Shown in pieces: positions 1 through 10,015 of a stretch of 64,000 nt of DNA (positions are counted from its first letter, which is position 1; every line of letters starts with the position of its first letter). Origin of the DNA: a bacterium (GTDB lineage: Bacteria > JADJOY01); assembly GCA_046331705.1 (NCBI GenBank), contig JAXLQJ010000005.1, forward strand, positions 1-64,000. The letters run 5' to 3'. Below the pieces are notes generated by a model. That model had not been told where the DNA came from. It saw only the letters and a program-made list of their open reading frames with translations, and did not search any database. The translations under genes and the position numbers were made by a program.

Positions 1-795
1 TCAACCCGGGTCCGGTGGTGCTGCTATCGCTTCTCACCGAGGCCGAGCTTCGCCCCGCCGTGCGCGGCCTTGACGAGGCGCGCGCCCGACTCGCGGCGGC
101 TCAGGCCGAGCCCGATCCCGCGACTCGCGTGCGCGAGCTCGTAGGCTTCTACGACACGGCCGACGCCGACTTCGTCCGATTCTCGCCTTCCGGGATCGCG
201 CTGGTCGGCATCCGCCACCGCGCGCTCCCACCGATCGAGCGCGCCGGAGATGCGGCATTGCCCGCGCTCTCCGACCTACTGACCAGGGCGAGCTAGACGC
301 TCGAGGATCGCACGCTCCTCGTCAGTCTCGTGGCAGGTTGCGGGCGTGCGGGCATCGCGCCGATGCTTGACGCGCTCGATCGAGAGCGCGGGTGGTGGGC
401 GAACGCACCATCGAAGTTCGAGCCGGGCTGGTGGGAGGACGAGAACGGCGCATCGTTCGCCGAGGCCCGAGCGCACCACGACCGAGCGCGTACGCTCGTG
501 GATACGCTGGCGCGTCAGGCAGATTCCTCGGCGGTGCCGAGGCTGCGCGCGTTTCGCGAGATCTGGGTCTTGCAGCCAGCCGAGGTCGCGTTCGAAGACG
601 ACCTGCGCCTCGCGCTCGACCGCCTGCTCGGTGACCTCGACGAGCAGGAGCCGCGCCCCTGACCCCGCTCAGCGCCTGCTGGAGATCCGGGACCGCGTTC
701 GGCACGACGGGGCGCTGCTGCTCGCTCGACTCCCCATCGACTGGAACGAGGAGCACCGCCTCCGCGGCGTCCTCGAGGCACCCAGTCGGGTGTGA
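1..795 (+). pseudogene. Interrupted helical-repeat-like hypothetical gene, 5' end outside the window; in-frame TAG at 294-296 and probable frameshift near 655-662
   Basis: ORFs 15..296 and 330..662 share a frame and are separated by one TAG (RAS*TLEDRTLLVSLVAGCG). After the TGA at 660-662, coding-like sequence (DPAQRLLEIRDRV...) continues in another frame to a TGA at 795. Confidence 0.45.
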
Positions 796-802
796 TCTCG
801 GC

Positions 803-3460
803 TCACCCGCCCGCGAGCACCCAGGGATCCACGGGCAGGCCCGCATCGGGCGCCGTCAGCGTCTGGCTCGGACCGCCGGGACCGGTGCCTGGCGCGATCC
901 AATGCGCCGGGACGTTGCCGTGGACGAGCGGCAGCGGCTGTGACGGCTGCCGGCGCGGGTCGTCCTCGGCGTTCACGTCGGGATGCCGCTCCAGGGCGCG
1001 CGGCGAGAGTCCAGCCGGCGCACCCGGCACGTGACACGTCGTGCAGAACGGGTTGGCCGTGGAATCGGGGCGCGGCTCGCCGAGGCGCAGTGGCCCTTCC
1101 GGAAAATGAAGCGCGCGGCGCACACCCACCGCGCCCGCGGGGATCTTGCCCGGATGAGCGGCGTAGTCGCGGGAGTAGTCGTGAAAGCACGCGTAGGCGG
1201 GATACGTGGGCTGGGCGGCGCTCGCGAGCGCCGCCGTGACCTCCGCGTGCGCCCAAGCTGGGTAGCGCGACGCGACCTCGGACCACTCGGCGTTCGCGAC
1301 CAGACCGATCAGCGTCCCATCCGCGTGGTTGCACGCGAGCTCGGGATCCATCCGCCGGGCGATGACCTTGAAGTCGTCCACCCAGCCGCGCACGCCGCCA
1401 GCGGTCGCTCCTGGCGGAGCACCGATCACGAGGGCGCCGGGGACGAGCTCGAAGAGCGGCTCGTCGTGCGCGAACGAATCGTATGCGAAGCCGTTCACCA
1501 GCAGCGTGACCTGACGATTGCCCGGCGCAAGCTCGATCGCCAGGTGCACCCACGCTGGGCTCGGCGAGAGGGCGGGCAGCTCGATCGAGCGGACCGTGTC
1601 ACCGGCTGCGTCGACGTAACGCAACGCGCGGCGTCCCTCGAGGCGCACCTGGCTGCCGTCGGGGAACGACAAGAGCACGCGCTCCGCGGCGTCGTCGGGA
1701 ACGTGCGGATCGAGGAAGATCCCCACGTACCAGCTCTTGGCGCGGATGTCCTGCGGCTGCGCGGGCACGGAGTACTCGATGCGGTTCGTGCCGGTGAGCC
1801 AGAAACCGCGGCCGATCACGCCACCGAGCGCGTTGGACTCGGCGCGCCCGGTCCCCACCGCGACGCGACCGAACGCCGGCACGTTCCAGCGGTCCGGCAA
1901 CGGGGTCGCGGCGTTTTGCAGGTGAACGTCCTCGGGCGGCAACGAGATCGGCAGCAACGGATAGCCGTTCTTGTAATACGGGTAGTGGACCAAGCCCGAC
2001 GCCGGGTCCGCCACGATCGACGCGATCATGCTCGACACGATGAACGCGTCCGGATCGAGGTAGTCGTCGAAGGCGAACTCGTCGGTGGCGTGCCCGTTGG
2101 AGAGCGTCCACACGATGTCGCGCGGCGTGACGGGACGCATCTGCGCGTGGAAGTTGAAGAGATTTTCCAGCGAGTCGAGGACGTTGGTGTTGCCGCTCCA
2201 GCCGGGCGGGAGCGTCGGATCCTCGTGCCGCCCCACGGTGCGGGAGCTGCCCACGCGCACCTCCACCGGCGTGCCGTCGGGGTCGTGGAACATGTCGACG
2301 AGGATGTGATTGCGCGGATCGATCGGCGTCGCCCAATCGCTGCTGTTCAAGAGCGTGTCGATGTGGACCATCTTCCCGTACGTCCAGAGTCCGGCGACCA
2401 CGTGACCGCGGACGACGCCGGGCTCGAAGAGCCAGCGATCGTCACACGACTCCACGCAGCGATACGGGTACCGCCCCGGCGCCATGCCCTCGATGGTGTC
2501 GGACACGGCGGTCATGAACAGGTTCTTCCCCGCCCGATCGAGCCACGGGTACGAGACTCCCATGTCCTCGCCGTCGGCCACCAGATTCCCTTCGCCGTCG
2601 CGAAGCTGGAACGTCGCGAAGTCGTAGCGTCCGCGCATCCGCGGGTCGTGGTGAGCGTGGCTCACGGGATGGAAATCGCGCCATGCCGTGACGTCGCACG
2701 CGTCGGCGGCGTCGCTCATGAGCGAGTACATGAGGTCGTAGGCGCGCGTGAGCTTCTGGCCCGTCTCCGGGTTGGTCCATTCGTAGAGCAAGGCGGCGGT
2801 GTCGAGCCTGCGCCCGGTCAGCAGCCGTCCGTCCCACGTCACCATCGGCTCGAACCACACCGGGCCGGGCAGCGGCGGGCCCGCAACGGGCTCACCGAGC
2901 TGGATGTCGGCGATCTGCGCCGCGGCGGTCTTGGGCGCGCTGACCTCGATGTGGACCGGCGTTCCCCAGAGCCGCGACGGGTTGCTGCCCGACTCGAAGC
3001 CCATGTGCACGACGTCGTAGCAATCGCGGGAAGGATCGGAATCGCACGGATACGGATTCGGCCGGCGCGGTGGCTCGACCAGCTCGCCGCGCACGTCGCA
3101 GAGCGTGTTGTGACCGATGCCGTGACCGCCGGGAGCGTGAGGAACGCCACCGGCGAACGGGTTGGTGTCGGCGAGAATGGTCGCCCCCGCGGGACCTTCC
3201 ACGACCGGACGATCGAGCTTCTCCGGCGCCAGCAGGTAGAAGCGCAGCTCGGCGGATCCGCCTTCGACGGCGATGCCCACGCGCCCGTCGGCGGTGGTGC
3301 GAAGCGGCGGGATGTGGGGATGGCTGAAATCACCCTGCGGCGTGACCATCGCCACGTCGCGCAGGAACGCCGGGGTCTCCGGCTGCTCCGGGTTCGCGGT
3401 GCAAGCGGCAATGCCGGCGATCAGCGCGGCCGCGACTCCCAGTCGTGAAAATCCGGTCAT
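803..3460 (-). CDS. Large exported lipoprotein with LamG/concanavalin-A-like domain and a C-terminal CxxCH (possible heme c site)
   Basis: Lipobox-like LIAGIAAC; LamG-like pattern WVHLAIEL...VTLLVNG...LVIGA...GWVDDFKVI; FCTTCH near the C-terminus; 885 aa. Confidence 0.7.
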   Translation of the reverse strand: MTGFSRLGVAAALIAGIAACTANPEQPETPAFLRDVAMVTPQGDFSHPHIPPLRTTADGRVGIAVEGGSAELRFYLLAPEKLDRPVVEGPAGATILADTNPFAGGVPHAPGGHGIGHNTLCDVRGELVEPPRRPNPYPCDSDPSRDCYDVVHMGFESGSNPSRLWGTPVHIEVSAPKTAAAQIADIQLGEPVAGPPLPGPVWFEPMVTWDGRLLTGRRLDTAALLYEWTNPETGQKLTRAYDLMYSLMSDAADACDVTAWRDFHPVSHAHHDPRMRGRYDFATFQLRDGEGNLVADGEDMGVSYPWLDRAGKNLFMTAVSDTIEGMAPGRYPYRCVESCDDRWLFEPGVVRGHVVAGLWTYGKMVHIDTLLNSSDWATPIDPRNHILVDMFHDPDGTPVEVRVGSSRTVGRHEDPTLPPGWSGNTNVLDSLENLFNFHAQMRPVTPRDIVWTLSNGHATDEFAFDDYLDPDAFIVSSMIASIVADPASGLVHYPYYKNGYPLLPISLPPEDVHLQNAATPLPDRWNVPAFGRVAVGTGRAESNALGGVIGRGFWLTGTNRIEYSVPAQPQDIRAKSWYVGIFLDPHVPDDAAERVLLSFPDGSQVRLEGRRALRYVDAAGDTVRSIELPALSPSPAWVHLAIELAPGNRQVTLLVNGFAYDSFAHDEPLFELVPGALVIGAPPGATAGGVRGWVDDFKVIARRMDPELACNHADGTLIGLVANAEWSEVASRYPAWAHAEVTAALASAAQPTYPAYACFHDYSRDYAAHPGKIPAGAVGVRRALHFPEGPLRLGEPRPDSTANPFCTTCHVPGAPAGLSPRALERHPDVNAEDDPRRQPSQPLPLVHGNVPAHWIAPGTGPGGPSQTLTAPDAGLPVDPWVLAGG

Positions 3461-3557
3461 GGTGCTCTCCGAAGCTCGCGATTCGATCGACGATCATACA
3501 CATCGGCGTCCACGCGCCGCAGGGCCGCACGCGTCCATCCAATCCGCCCAGACGCGG

Positions 3558-5900
3558 TCAGCGCGGACGCCGTCTTCCGAGCAGCGTCCAGGCCACGGCG
3601 ACGGCGCCGATCGCCGCGCAACCCAGGCCCGCACGGAGCGAGCGCGGGCGAAAACGCAGCTCGACGGTCCTGGCGACAGGTGGGATCGGCACCGCACGAA
3701 GCGCCAGATCGCCGCGGAGCACCGGCACGCTCCGGCCGTCGACCCACGCACGCCAGCCGCTCGCGTAGCTCTCGGACACGACCAACCAGCGCTGGCCGCG
3801 CGGCGCGCCAGTCGGCTCCAGATGGACGAGCAGGCGCGACGCGGACGGGCGCTCGAGCGCGAGCGACTCGCCGCGCCCGTGGTCCTCCGTCGCGCCGGCG
3901 CCGGTCGCCGCTGCCGAGGGGGCGACGGCCGCGGCGGCCGCGTCCTCCGCCTCGATCACCACCTCCGCCGCGGGATCGAAGTCGGCACGCGCCACGGCTG
4001 CCCGCGCGTCCGCGCGACTCGCCACCAACGAAGCTCGCGGCACGATCCACGCGCTGCCGAGCGGCGCCGCGGACGCCGGCTCGAGGGTGGAGCCGCCAGC
4101 TCCGTCCGCGCGCGCGAGCCACGCGACGTCGAGCATGCGCGCCAGCGTCGAGTCGAGCGACGCGAGCAGCAGCGTGCGCGGCTCCAATCGCGGACTGCCG
4201 AGCGGCACCCCCTGGCGTGCCTCGAGGAGATCGGCGAAGCCCGTGCTCATCCAAAGACCGTTCCCGAGCACTCCGCGAAAGCCGTGCAGCCGCGCGCCGA
4301 CGCCGGAGACGGCGGACGCGGCGTCTGCCCCCGTCACCCCGAGCGCGGCGATCCGATGGCCGTCGTGGGGCAGTGTCGGAGCCCGCGGCGGCTCGGCGCG
4401 TTCCCAGTACCTCCGGACGAAGTCGTAGTGCGACATCGCGAGATCGGCGACCAGCGCCGCGATCGGCACCGCCGCGACGACGGTCGATCGCCAGCGCACG
4501 CGTGCGGCGCTCCCGAGCGTCAGCGCGAGCCACATGGCGCACACGCTTCCCGCGGCGAGCAACCGGCGCATCGGCACGATCAAGTTGGCGACTGCGCGCA
4601 CGTCGCCGGCGGGACCGTGCGAGTCGAGCATCGCCGGGTCGGTGGCGCTGGGGATGCCCTCGAAGAAAGCGATGCGGGGCCGGAGATCGGTCGCATAGAA
4701 CGGCAACTCCCCGCGCAGCACGAGCATGGCGACGGCGAGGCACGAGCCCACGCCCAGCGCCAGCACGATCTCGGAAAGCCCCGCGGCCCGGGTCAGGCGC
4801 CGCATCCGATCGTGACCGCGCCCCGCGGCAATCCCCACGGCGAGCGCCACGAACCACAGACAGAGCCCCTGGGCGTTGACCTGGCGAACGAAGGGCAACC
4901 CGAAGACCGCGCGCCCCAGCCACGTGCGGGGTCCGACGGTGACGAGGACGGCGCCCAGCGCCGCCAGGAGCAGGCCACCCATCGGAACCCACCGCCGTTG
5001 AGCCCCCCGACCGGGCGCCAGCGCGATCAGCGCCAGCACCAGCGGCACCAGCCCAGCCCACGTGCCGCCGAGGAAGCGTGCGCCGATCTGGAAGCCGCTC
5101 ATGTCCTCGTTGAACGTGACCGCGGCGTCGGCGACCGAGGCGCGAGTGGACTCCCCGAGGTACGCGACGATGGGCAGCCAGCGCGGCGCGGCGAGCAAGA
5201 TCCCCGCGGTACCGATGAACACGAAGGCGCGCACGGCGTGACCACGGCGAGCCGCGGATCGGCGCAGCAGCGCGGAGCAGGCCAGCGCGAGCGCCAGCAG
5301 CGGCAGCCCGACGAGCACGGCGTTCGCGTGCGTCCCGAGCACGAACAACGCCAGACAGACGGCACCCCACGCGTGGGCGCGGGCCGCGCCAGAGCGGATC
5401 GCGCGAAGCGCGAAGTGGAGCACCCACGGCGACCACGCCATCCCGGGCGCGTAGTCGACGAAGCCCTCCACGAGCACGTCGAAGAACGTGACCTGGGCGA
5501 GGACGTAGACGAGCGCCGCGAGGTTGGCGCCGGCACGCGAGGTGCCCGAGCTTCGCGCCAGCGCACGGGCTCCGAACGCGGCCACCACGAGATGAATCGC
5601 GACACCGGCGGCCATCGCCCGGAGCGGATTCATCACCAGCGCGAGCCAAGCCAGCGGATAGAAGAGCTGGTGACGCGGATCCGCGATGAGCGGCACCCCG
5701 CCGAACACGGTGTCGTCCCAGGTGGGGAATGGCTGGCCGAGAGCAGCGGCTCGCGCCTGCACGCCGAGATACGGCAGCACGAGCGCCGTCGCATCCGAGC
5801 CCGGCGGGCGGCCGATCACCGCCGCGGTCGCCAGCGCCAGCACCGCCGCGAGCAGCGCCGCGGTGAAGAGCTCGGTCCGCGAGCGCTTGTCGGCCTTCAC
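3558..5900 (-). CDS. YfhO-family polytopic membrane protein (GT-C-like glycosyltransferase)
   Basis: N-terminal PTWDDTVFGGVPLIADPRHQLFYP; C-terminal LVVSESYASGWRAWVDG...ALRAVPIP...VELRFRP; many TM segments; GTG start overlaps the upstream TGA (GTGA at 5897-5900). Confidence 0.85.
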   Translation of the reverse strand: MKADKRSRTELFTAALLAAVLALATAAVIGRPPGSDATALVLPYLGVQARAAALGQPFPTWDDTVFGGVPLIADPRHQLFYPLAWLALVMNPLRAMAAGVAIHLVVAAFGARALARSSGTSRAGANLAALVYVLAQVTFFDVLVEGFVDYAPGMAWSPWVLHFALRAIRSGAARAHAWGAVCLALFVLGTHANAVLVGLPLLALALACSALLRRSAARRGHAVRAFVFIGTAGILLAAPRWLPIVAYLGESTRASVADAAVTFNEDMSGFQIGARFLGGTWAGLVPLVLALIALAPGRGAQRRWVPMGGLLLAALGAVLVTVGPRTWLGRAVFGLPFVRQVNAQGLCLWFVALAVGIAAGRGHDRMRRLTRAAGLSEIVLALGVGSCLAVAMLVLRGELPFYATDLRPRIAFFEGIPSATDPAMLDSHGPAGDVRAVANLIVPMRRLLAAGSVCAMWLALTLGSAARVRWRSTVVAAVPIAALVADLAMSHYDFVRRYWERAEPPRAPTLPHDGHRIAALGVTGADAASAVSGVGARLHGFRGVLGNGLWMSTGFADLLEARQGVPLGSPRLEPRTLLLASLDSTLARMLDVAWLARADGAGGSTLEPASAAPLGSAWIVPRASLVASRADARAAVARADFDPAAEVVIEAEDAAAAAVAPSAAATGAGATEDHGRGESLALERPSASRLLVHLEPTGAPRGQRWLVVSESYASGWRAWVDGRSVPVLRGDLALRAVPIPPVARTVELRFRPRSLRAGLGCAAIGAVAVAWTLLGRRRPR

Positions 5901-6496
5901 TGCGCGGCTCGACAGAGGGCGAGCCCGTCGGCTTCGCACTCGTAATGTTCGATCGCGCCGCTCGCCGGATCGCGCAATGCGACGCGCACCACGCTCTTCC
6001 CAGCGCCACCGAACGGTCGTCCGGCAGGGGCGATGGCTTCGACCAGCTCGAACGCGCAGCCGCTCGTCGGGTCCGACTCGGAGCACCTGCCGCTGCCATC
6101 GCCTCGCTCACGGGCGAGGGCGATCGATTGCTCGATGGCCCGAACCAGTGGCGGAAACCCGGCGACCACGCGGGTGCGAATCGCGCGCGCGGCGAACGGG
6201 CTCGCGAGCGCGGCGACGGCGAGCACGGTGAGCAGCGCACGCACCCGCCGCGACGCGGCGCTCGTCGCAGCGCGCGACGCCGACCAGGCAACGTGAAGCG
6301 CGACGGTTCCGAGCAGCGTGAGGGCAATCGGATGGCGAGCCAGCACGGTCGCGAGCTCGGCGGCCGCGGCGCCCGGCAACCGACTCGTGACCCACACGAG
6401 CGCGGCCGCCGCGCACCACGCGTGAAGAGGGGCGAGCCCCACGAGCCAGAGCAGCAGCACACGCTCGGCGGCGCGGAGCGTGCGCACGGCGCTCAT
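5897..6496 (-). CDS. Hypothetical membrane protein (about 3 TM segments plus a Cys-containing soluble tail)
   Basis: Hydrophobic N-terminal half; starts 3 nt after the enoyl-CoA hydratase stop and overlaps the YfhO start. Confidence 0.7.
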   Translation of the reverse strand: MSAVRTLRAAERVLLLWLVGLAPLHAWCAAAALVWVTSRLPGAAAAELATVLARHPIALTLLGTVALHVAWSASRAATSAASRRVRALLTVLAVAALASPFAARAIRTRVVAGFPPLVRAIEQSIALARERGDGSGRCSESDPTSGCAFELVEAIAPAGRPFGGAGKSVVRVALRDPASGAIEHYECEADGLALCRAAQ

Positions 6497-6499
6497 CGA

Positions 6500-7297
6500 T
6501 CAGTCCTCGAACACCGGCTTGCGGCGCTGCTTGCGGGCCTGGATCGCCTCCTCCAGGTTGCGGGTGGTCATGCGGACCAGGAGCTGATTGCGGTTCTCGA
6601 GGTCGATGGCGGCGCGCAAGCTGCCGCATTCCAGGCTCGACCACAGCACTTCCTTGGTCATCGCGACGCCGTGGCCGCTGAACTCGGCGATGCGCTCGGC
6701 GAGCTCGATGGCCGCGGGCAGGAGCTCCGCGTCGTCCACCACGCGCGACACCAGCCCCACCCGCTCCGCCTCGTCCGCATCGACCTCGCGGCCGCTCAGG
6801 ATGATCTCGTTGGCGCGCGAGGCGCCGATCAGTCGCGGCAGCAGGTAGCTCACGCCGAGCTCGGTGCCGGTGAGCCCGTTGCGAATGCCCGCCGCGCAGA
6901 ACCGCGCGGCGCGTCCCGCGAGGCGGATGTCCGCGCCCAGCGGCAAGCACATGCCACCGCCGAACGCCGGCCCGTTGATGGCGGCGATGATCGGCTGCGG
7001 GATGTCGCGCATCGCCGGCACGATGTTCGCCATGAACGACATCGCGCGAGTGGCGAGCCGCGCCATCGTGAGGCCGTCGGCGTGGGGCGGCAGGCCCACG
7101 TACTCGAGGTTCATCCCCGAGCAGAAGCCCCGCCCGGCTCCCGTCAGCACCACGGCATGGCAGTCGTTGTCCTTGCCGACCGTGTCCAGCGCTTCGTAGA
7201 GCGCGCCGACCAGCTCGAACGACATCGCGTTGAGCGTGCCGGGGTCATCGAGGGTGATGACGCTCACCCGCGGGCGCACCTTCTCCACTCGTGCCAT
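6500..7297 (-). CDS. Enoyl-CoA hydratase/isomerase (crotonase family)
   Basis: VVLTGAGRGFCSGMNL, PQPIIAAINGPAFGGG, LLPRLIG...GREVDADEAERVGLVSRVV; start uncertain (7297 or 7303). Confidence 0.93.
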   Translation of the reverse strand: MARVEKVRPRVSVITLDDPGTLNAMSFELVGALYEALDTVGKDNDCHAVVLTGAGRGFCSGMNLEYVGLPPHADGLTMARLATRAMSFMANIVPAMRDIPQPIIAAINGPAFGGGMCLPLGADIRLAGRAARFCAAGIRNGLTGTELGVSYLLPRLIGASRANEIILSGREVDADEAERVGLVSRVVDDAELLPAAIELAERIAEFSGHGVAMTKEVLWSSLECGSLRAAIDLENRNQLLVRMTTRNLEEAIQARKQRRKPVFED

Positions 7298-7437
7298 GGA
7301 CATGCTTCGCATCCTCGTCGCCGGTGATTCGGGTTGGGGGCCAGCCCGCGGGGGCAAGCGCGAGCGCGCCGGCTAACGATCGCTCGCCGGCGCACGACAG
7401 GCTGGTCATCTGTTTCTCGCGGGATTCCTCGATGCGC

Positions 7438-7974
7438 TCACTGCGCGCCTCGCGGACCTCCGCTCTTGCGGCGGATCCTCTCGGCACGCTCGCGCAGCTT
7501 CTGGGCCTCTCCCGCACGCCCCTCCGCCTCCATCTCCGCGGCGTGGCGTTCGAGCATGGCGACGGTGGCGAGCGGGTGCCCAGGGTCGAGGAGCTGATCG
7601 TCGCTGGCCGGCTGCTGAGCGCGCGGCGGGACGAGCAGCACCGCGAGCACGGCGCACACGAACGGCACCAACGCCAGCGCCTGAACGCTCGCGCCGATCC
7701 GCGCCAAGGCGGCGACTCCCAGCACCGAGAAGACACTCGCCGCCGCCCACGTGTGCGGATCGCGGGGACGGCCACGGAAGCCCGAGTAGAATGCCGCCGC
7801 CGTGAGGATCCACACCGTGATCTCCAGCCCGTCGAGTCGCGGCGGCAACGGTTGCGACCGCAACAGCCGCGCGAACGGCAGCACCAGCGGAAAGACCAGG
7901 AACCATTGGACGGCGCGCATCACGCGCGCCAGCTCGCCGTGGATGGCCTCGTCTTCGGTGGTGTCATCCGCCAT
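7438..7974 (-). CDS. Hypothetical membrane protein (about 4 TM segments, helical C-terminus)
   Basis: Hydrophobic segments, coding-like codon use, fills the gap divergent from mutY. Confidence 0.65.
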   Translation of the reverse strand: MADDTTEDEAIHGELARVMRAVQWFLVFPLVLPFARLLRSQPLPPRLDGLEITVWILTAAAFYSGFRGRPRDPHTWAAASVFSVLGVAALARIGASVQALALVPFVCAVLAVLLVPPRAQQPASDDQLLDPGHPLATVAMLERHAAEMEAEGRAGEAQKLRERAERIRRKSGGPRGAQ

Positions 7975-7998
7975 CGATGAGGATCTCCGGCCGCCGGT

Positions 7999-9297
7999 GT
8001 GGCGAGCGATCTTTTACCACGCGTTCGGCGCGCCTTTGCGCTCGTGAGCGGTCGGCGCAAGAACGCGCGTCCCGACCGGCAGGCCGCGGACGACGCGCTG
8101 CCACCCGCGCGTCGGCTCGGCCAGGTCCGCGACGAGCTTCAGGATTGGTTTCGCGCCAACCAGCGCGATCTGCCGTGGCGGCGCACCCGCGATCCGTACG
8201 CGATCCTGGTCTCGGAGGCGATGCTCCAGCAGACCCGCGTCGAGACGGTGATCCCCTACTACGAGCGCTTTCTCGCTCGGCTGCCCACGTTCGAGGCGCT
8301 CGCGAGCGCCAGCGCCGACGAGGTCAACGCCTTGTGGGCGGGGCTCGGCTACTACCGCCGCGCCGCGAACCTGCGCGCCTGTGCCCGCGCGGTGGTCGAG
8401 CGCCACCGCGGCCAGCTGCCGAGCGACGAGGCCGCGCTGCTGGCGCTGCCCGGCATCGGTGACTACACCGCCGGCGCGATTCGCTCCATCGCTTTCCACG
8501 AGGAAGCGCCGCTCGTCGACGGCAACGTGATCCGCGTGCTGTCGCGCCTCTTTCGCATCGAGGACGGCCTCGGCGGCGCCAAGCAACGAATCTGGCGACT
8601 GGCGCGCGAGCTGGTTCGCGGCTCGCGGCCCGCGGAGCTCAATCAGGGGCTGATGGAGCTGGGTGCGACGGTCTGCACGCCGCGCAAGCCGCGTTGCGCG
8701 TCCTGCCCGCTGGCCCGTCGTTGCGAGGCGCGCCGTCACGGCGACGCCGAGGCGTTCCCCTCCGGCAAGGTCGCCACCCGCGTACGCGAGCTGCGCCTCG
8801 ACCTCGCGTGGATCGAACGCGACGGCCGCGTGCTCCTGATGCGCCGCCCGGAGCGCGGCCTGTGGGCCGGGCTCTGGGACCTGCCGGGGGTCGAGACCGA
8901 CGGTGCGAGCCCGCTGCCGATGGATGTCCTCGCGGCGCGAATCGGCGCCGCGATCGACGCGCGCCTCGAGCTCGAAGCGGAAGCGGCGCGGCGGACCCAC
9001 GTGCTCAGCCATCGACGCGTCGACGCCCGCGTGTTCCGCGCCCGCCTCGCAGACGAACGCGTGGCCGAGCGTTCCGCGCTCGACGGCGAGGACGCCCATT
9101 GGGTGCGCGCCGACGAGCCGCCTGCGCGCGGCATCTCCACCCTGACCCGCCGGCTCTGGAGCGACGTGCTGGGCGCCGCTCGCCAGCCCACCCTCTTCCC
9201 GATCAGCCCGTCTTCACCACCCACTCGGCAGGAATCCGCTCGAGGAGCGAAGCGAACGCCCGCGCCAGCAGCTCCGCGTCGCGCGACTCGACGGTGA
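7999..9297 (+). CDS. mutY: A/G-specific adenine DNA glycosylase MutY
   Basis: RDLPWRRTRDPYAILVSEAMLQQT, WAGLGYYRRA, HhH motif LPGIGDYTA, VDGNVIRV, [4Fe-4S] motif CTPRKPRCASCPLARRC, NUDIX-like GLWAGLWDLP; true start may be GTG 8044. Confidence 0.96.
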   Translation: MASDLLPRVRRAFALVSGRRKNARPDRQAADDALPPARRLGQVRDELQDWFRANQRDLPWRRTRDPYAILVSEAMLQQTRVETVIPYYERFLARLPTFEALASASADEVNALWAGLGYYRRAANLRACARAVVERHRGQLPSDEAALLALPGIGDYTAGAIRSIAFHEEAPLVDGNVIRVLSRLFRIEDGLGGAKQRIWRLARELVRGSRPAELNQGLMELGATVCTPRKPRCASCPLARRCEARRHGDAEAFPSGKVATRVRELRLDLAWIERDGRVLLMRRPERGLWAGLWDLPGVETDGASPLPMDVLAARIGAAIDARLELEAEAARRTHVLSHRRVDARVFRARLADERVAERSALDGEDAHWVRADEPPARGISTLTRRLWSDVLGAARQPTLFPISPSSPPTRQESARGAKRTPAPAAPRRATRR

Positions 9298-9931
9298 CGA
9301 GCACCTTGTACTCGTCGAAGTTCCAGGTCGGATAGCTGCCGATGTCGGTGCCGGGAAAGGCAGCCACGACGGCGCTCAAGGTGTCGGCGATGGCGCTCTC
9401 GAGCGCGTTCAGGTAGAGCCGCTTCAGGTGGAAGGGCTCGTCGCGGAACCGCTCGCGGATCCCGCGGAACTTCTGCTCCAGGATCTCCGGGACGCCGGGC
9501 AGCACGTAGATGTTGCGGAACAGCGGCACCGGGTAGAAGAGCCCTTCGGCGTCGACCAGCTCGGCGCCCTCGGGCACCAGGGCCATCTTGAGACGAGCGG
9601 CGCTCACCTCACCGCCGTAGTGCTTGCGCAGGATCGCCTCCAGCACCGGGTGGTGGATCGCGCGCACTCCGAAGCCATGGGCGATGCCCTCCATCGTCAT
9701 GTCGTCGTGGGTGGGACCGACTCCGCCCGAGGTGAAGACGAAGTCGTGAGTCTCGGCGAGCGAGCGCGCTTCCCGGCCGATGGTGGGGATGTCGTCGAGG
9801 ATGCCGACGATCCGCGCGACCTGCACGCCGAGGGCGCGCAGCTCGCGGCACAGGAAATACGAGTTTCTGTCGTGGACCTTGCCCGACAGAACCTCGTTGC
9901 CGATCACCAGGATCGCGGCGGTACGCGGCAT
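9203..9931 (-). CDS. Molybdopterin-binding-domain protein, CinA N-terminal-like/COG1058 (putative FAD/ADP-ribose pyrophosphatase)
   Basis: ILVIGNEVLSGKVHDRNS, FTSGGVGPTHDDMT, LPGVP; no PncC domain. Confidence 0.88.
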   Translation of the reverse strand: MPRTAAILVIGNEVLSGKVHDRNSYFLCRELRALGVQVARIVGILDDIPTIGREARSLAETHDFVFTSGGVGPTHDDMTMEGIAHGFGVRAIHHPVLEAILRKHYGGEVSAARLKMALVPEGAELVDAEGLFYPVPLFRNIYVLPGVPEILEQKFRGIRERFRDEPFHLKRLYLNALESAIADTLSAVVAAFPGTDIGSYPTWNFDEYKVLVTVESRDAELLARAFASLLERIPAEWVVKTG

Positions 9932-10015
9932 CGCGGGCGCTCGGTCTCTCGCATGGCCCGAGACGCGTGCCTCGGGCCGCTCCGCGCCGAGTCTACGTGA
10001 GCCGCGGCGGCCGCG

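Noticed and set aside
294-296. Pyrrolysine or other amber recoding at the in-frame TAG
   Set aside because: A second lesion occurs in the same gene, TAG serves as a normal stop elsewhere in the window (e.g. fumC and the 38806..39387 gene), and no pyl genes are present.
983-3448. Very long antisense or alternate-frame ORFs (e.g. 983..3448+, 3273..5945+, 12672..15251+, 15098..18574-, 30715..34023+, 54985..58320-, 57789..61070-)
   Set aside because: Arg/Ala/Gly-rich shadow frames of motif-bearing genes, expected at this GC content; no family motifs.
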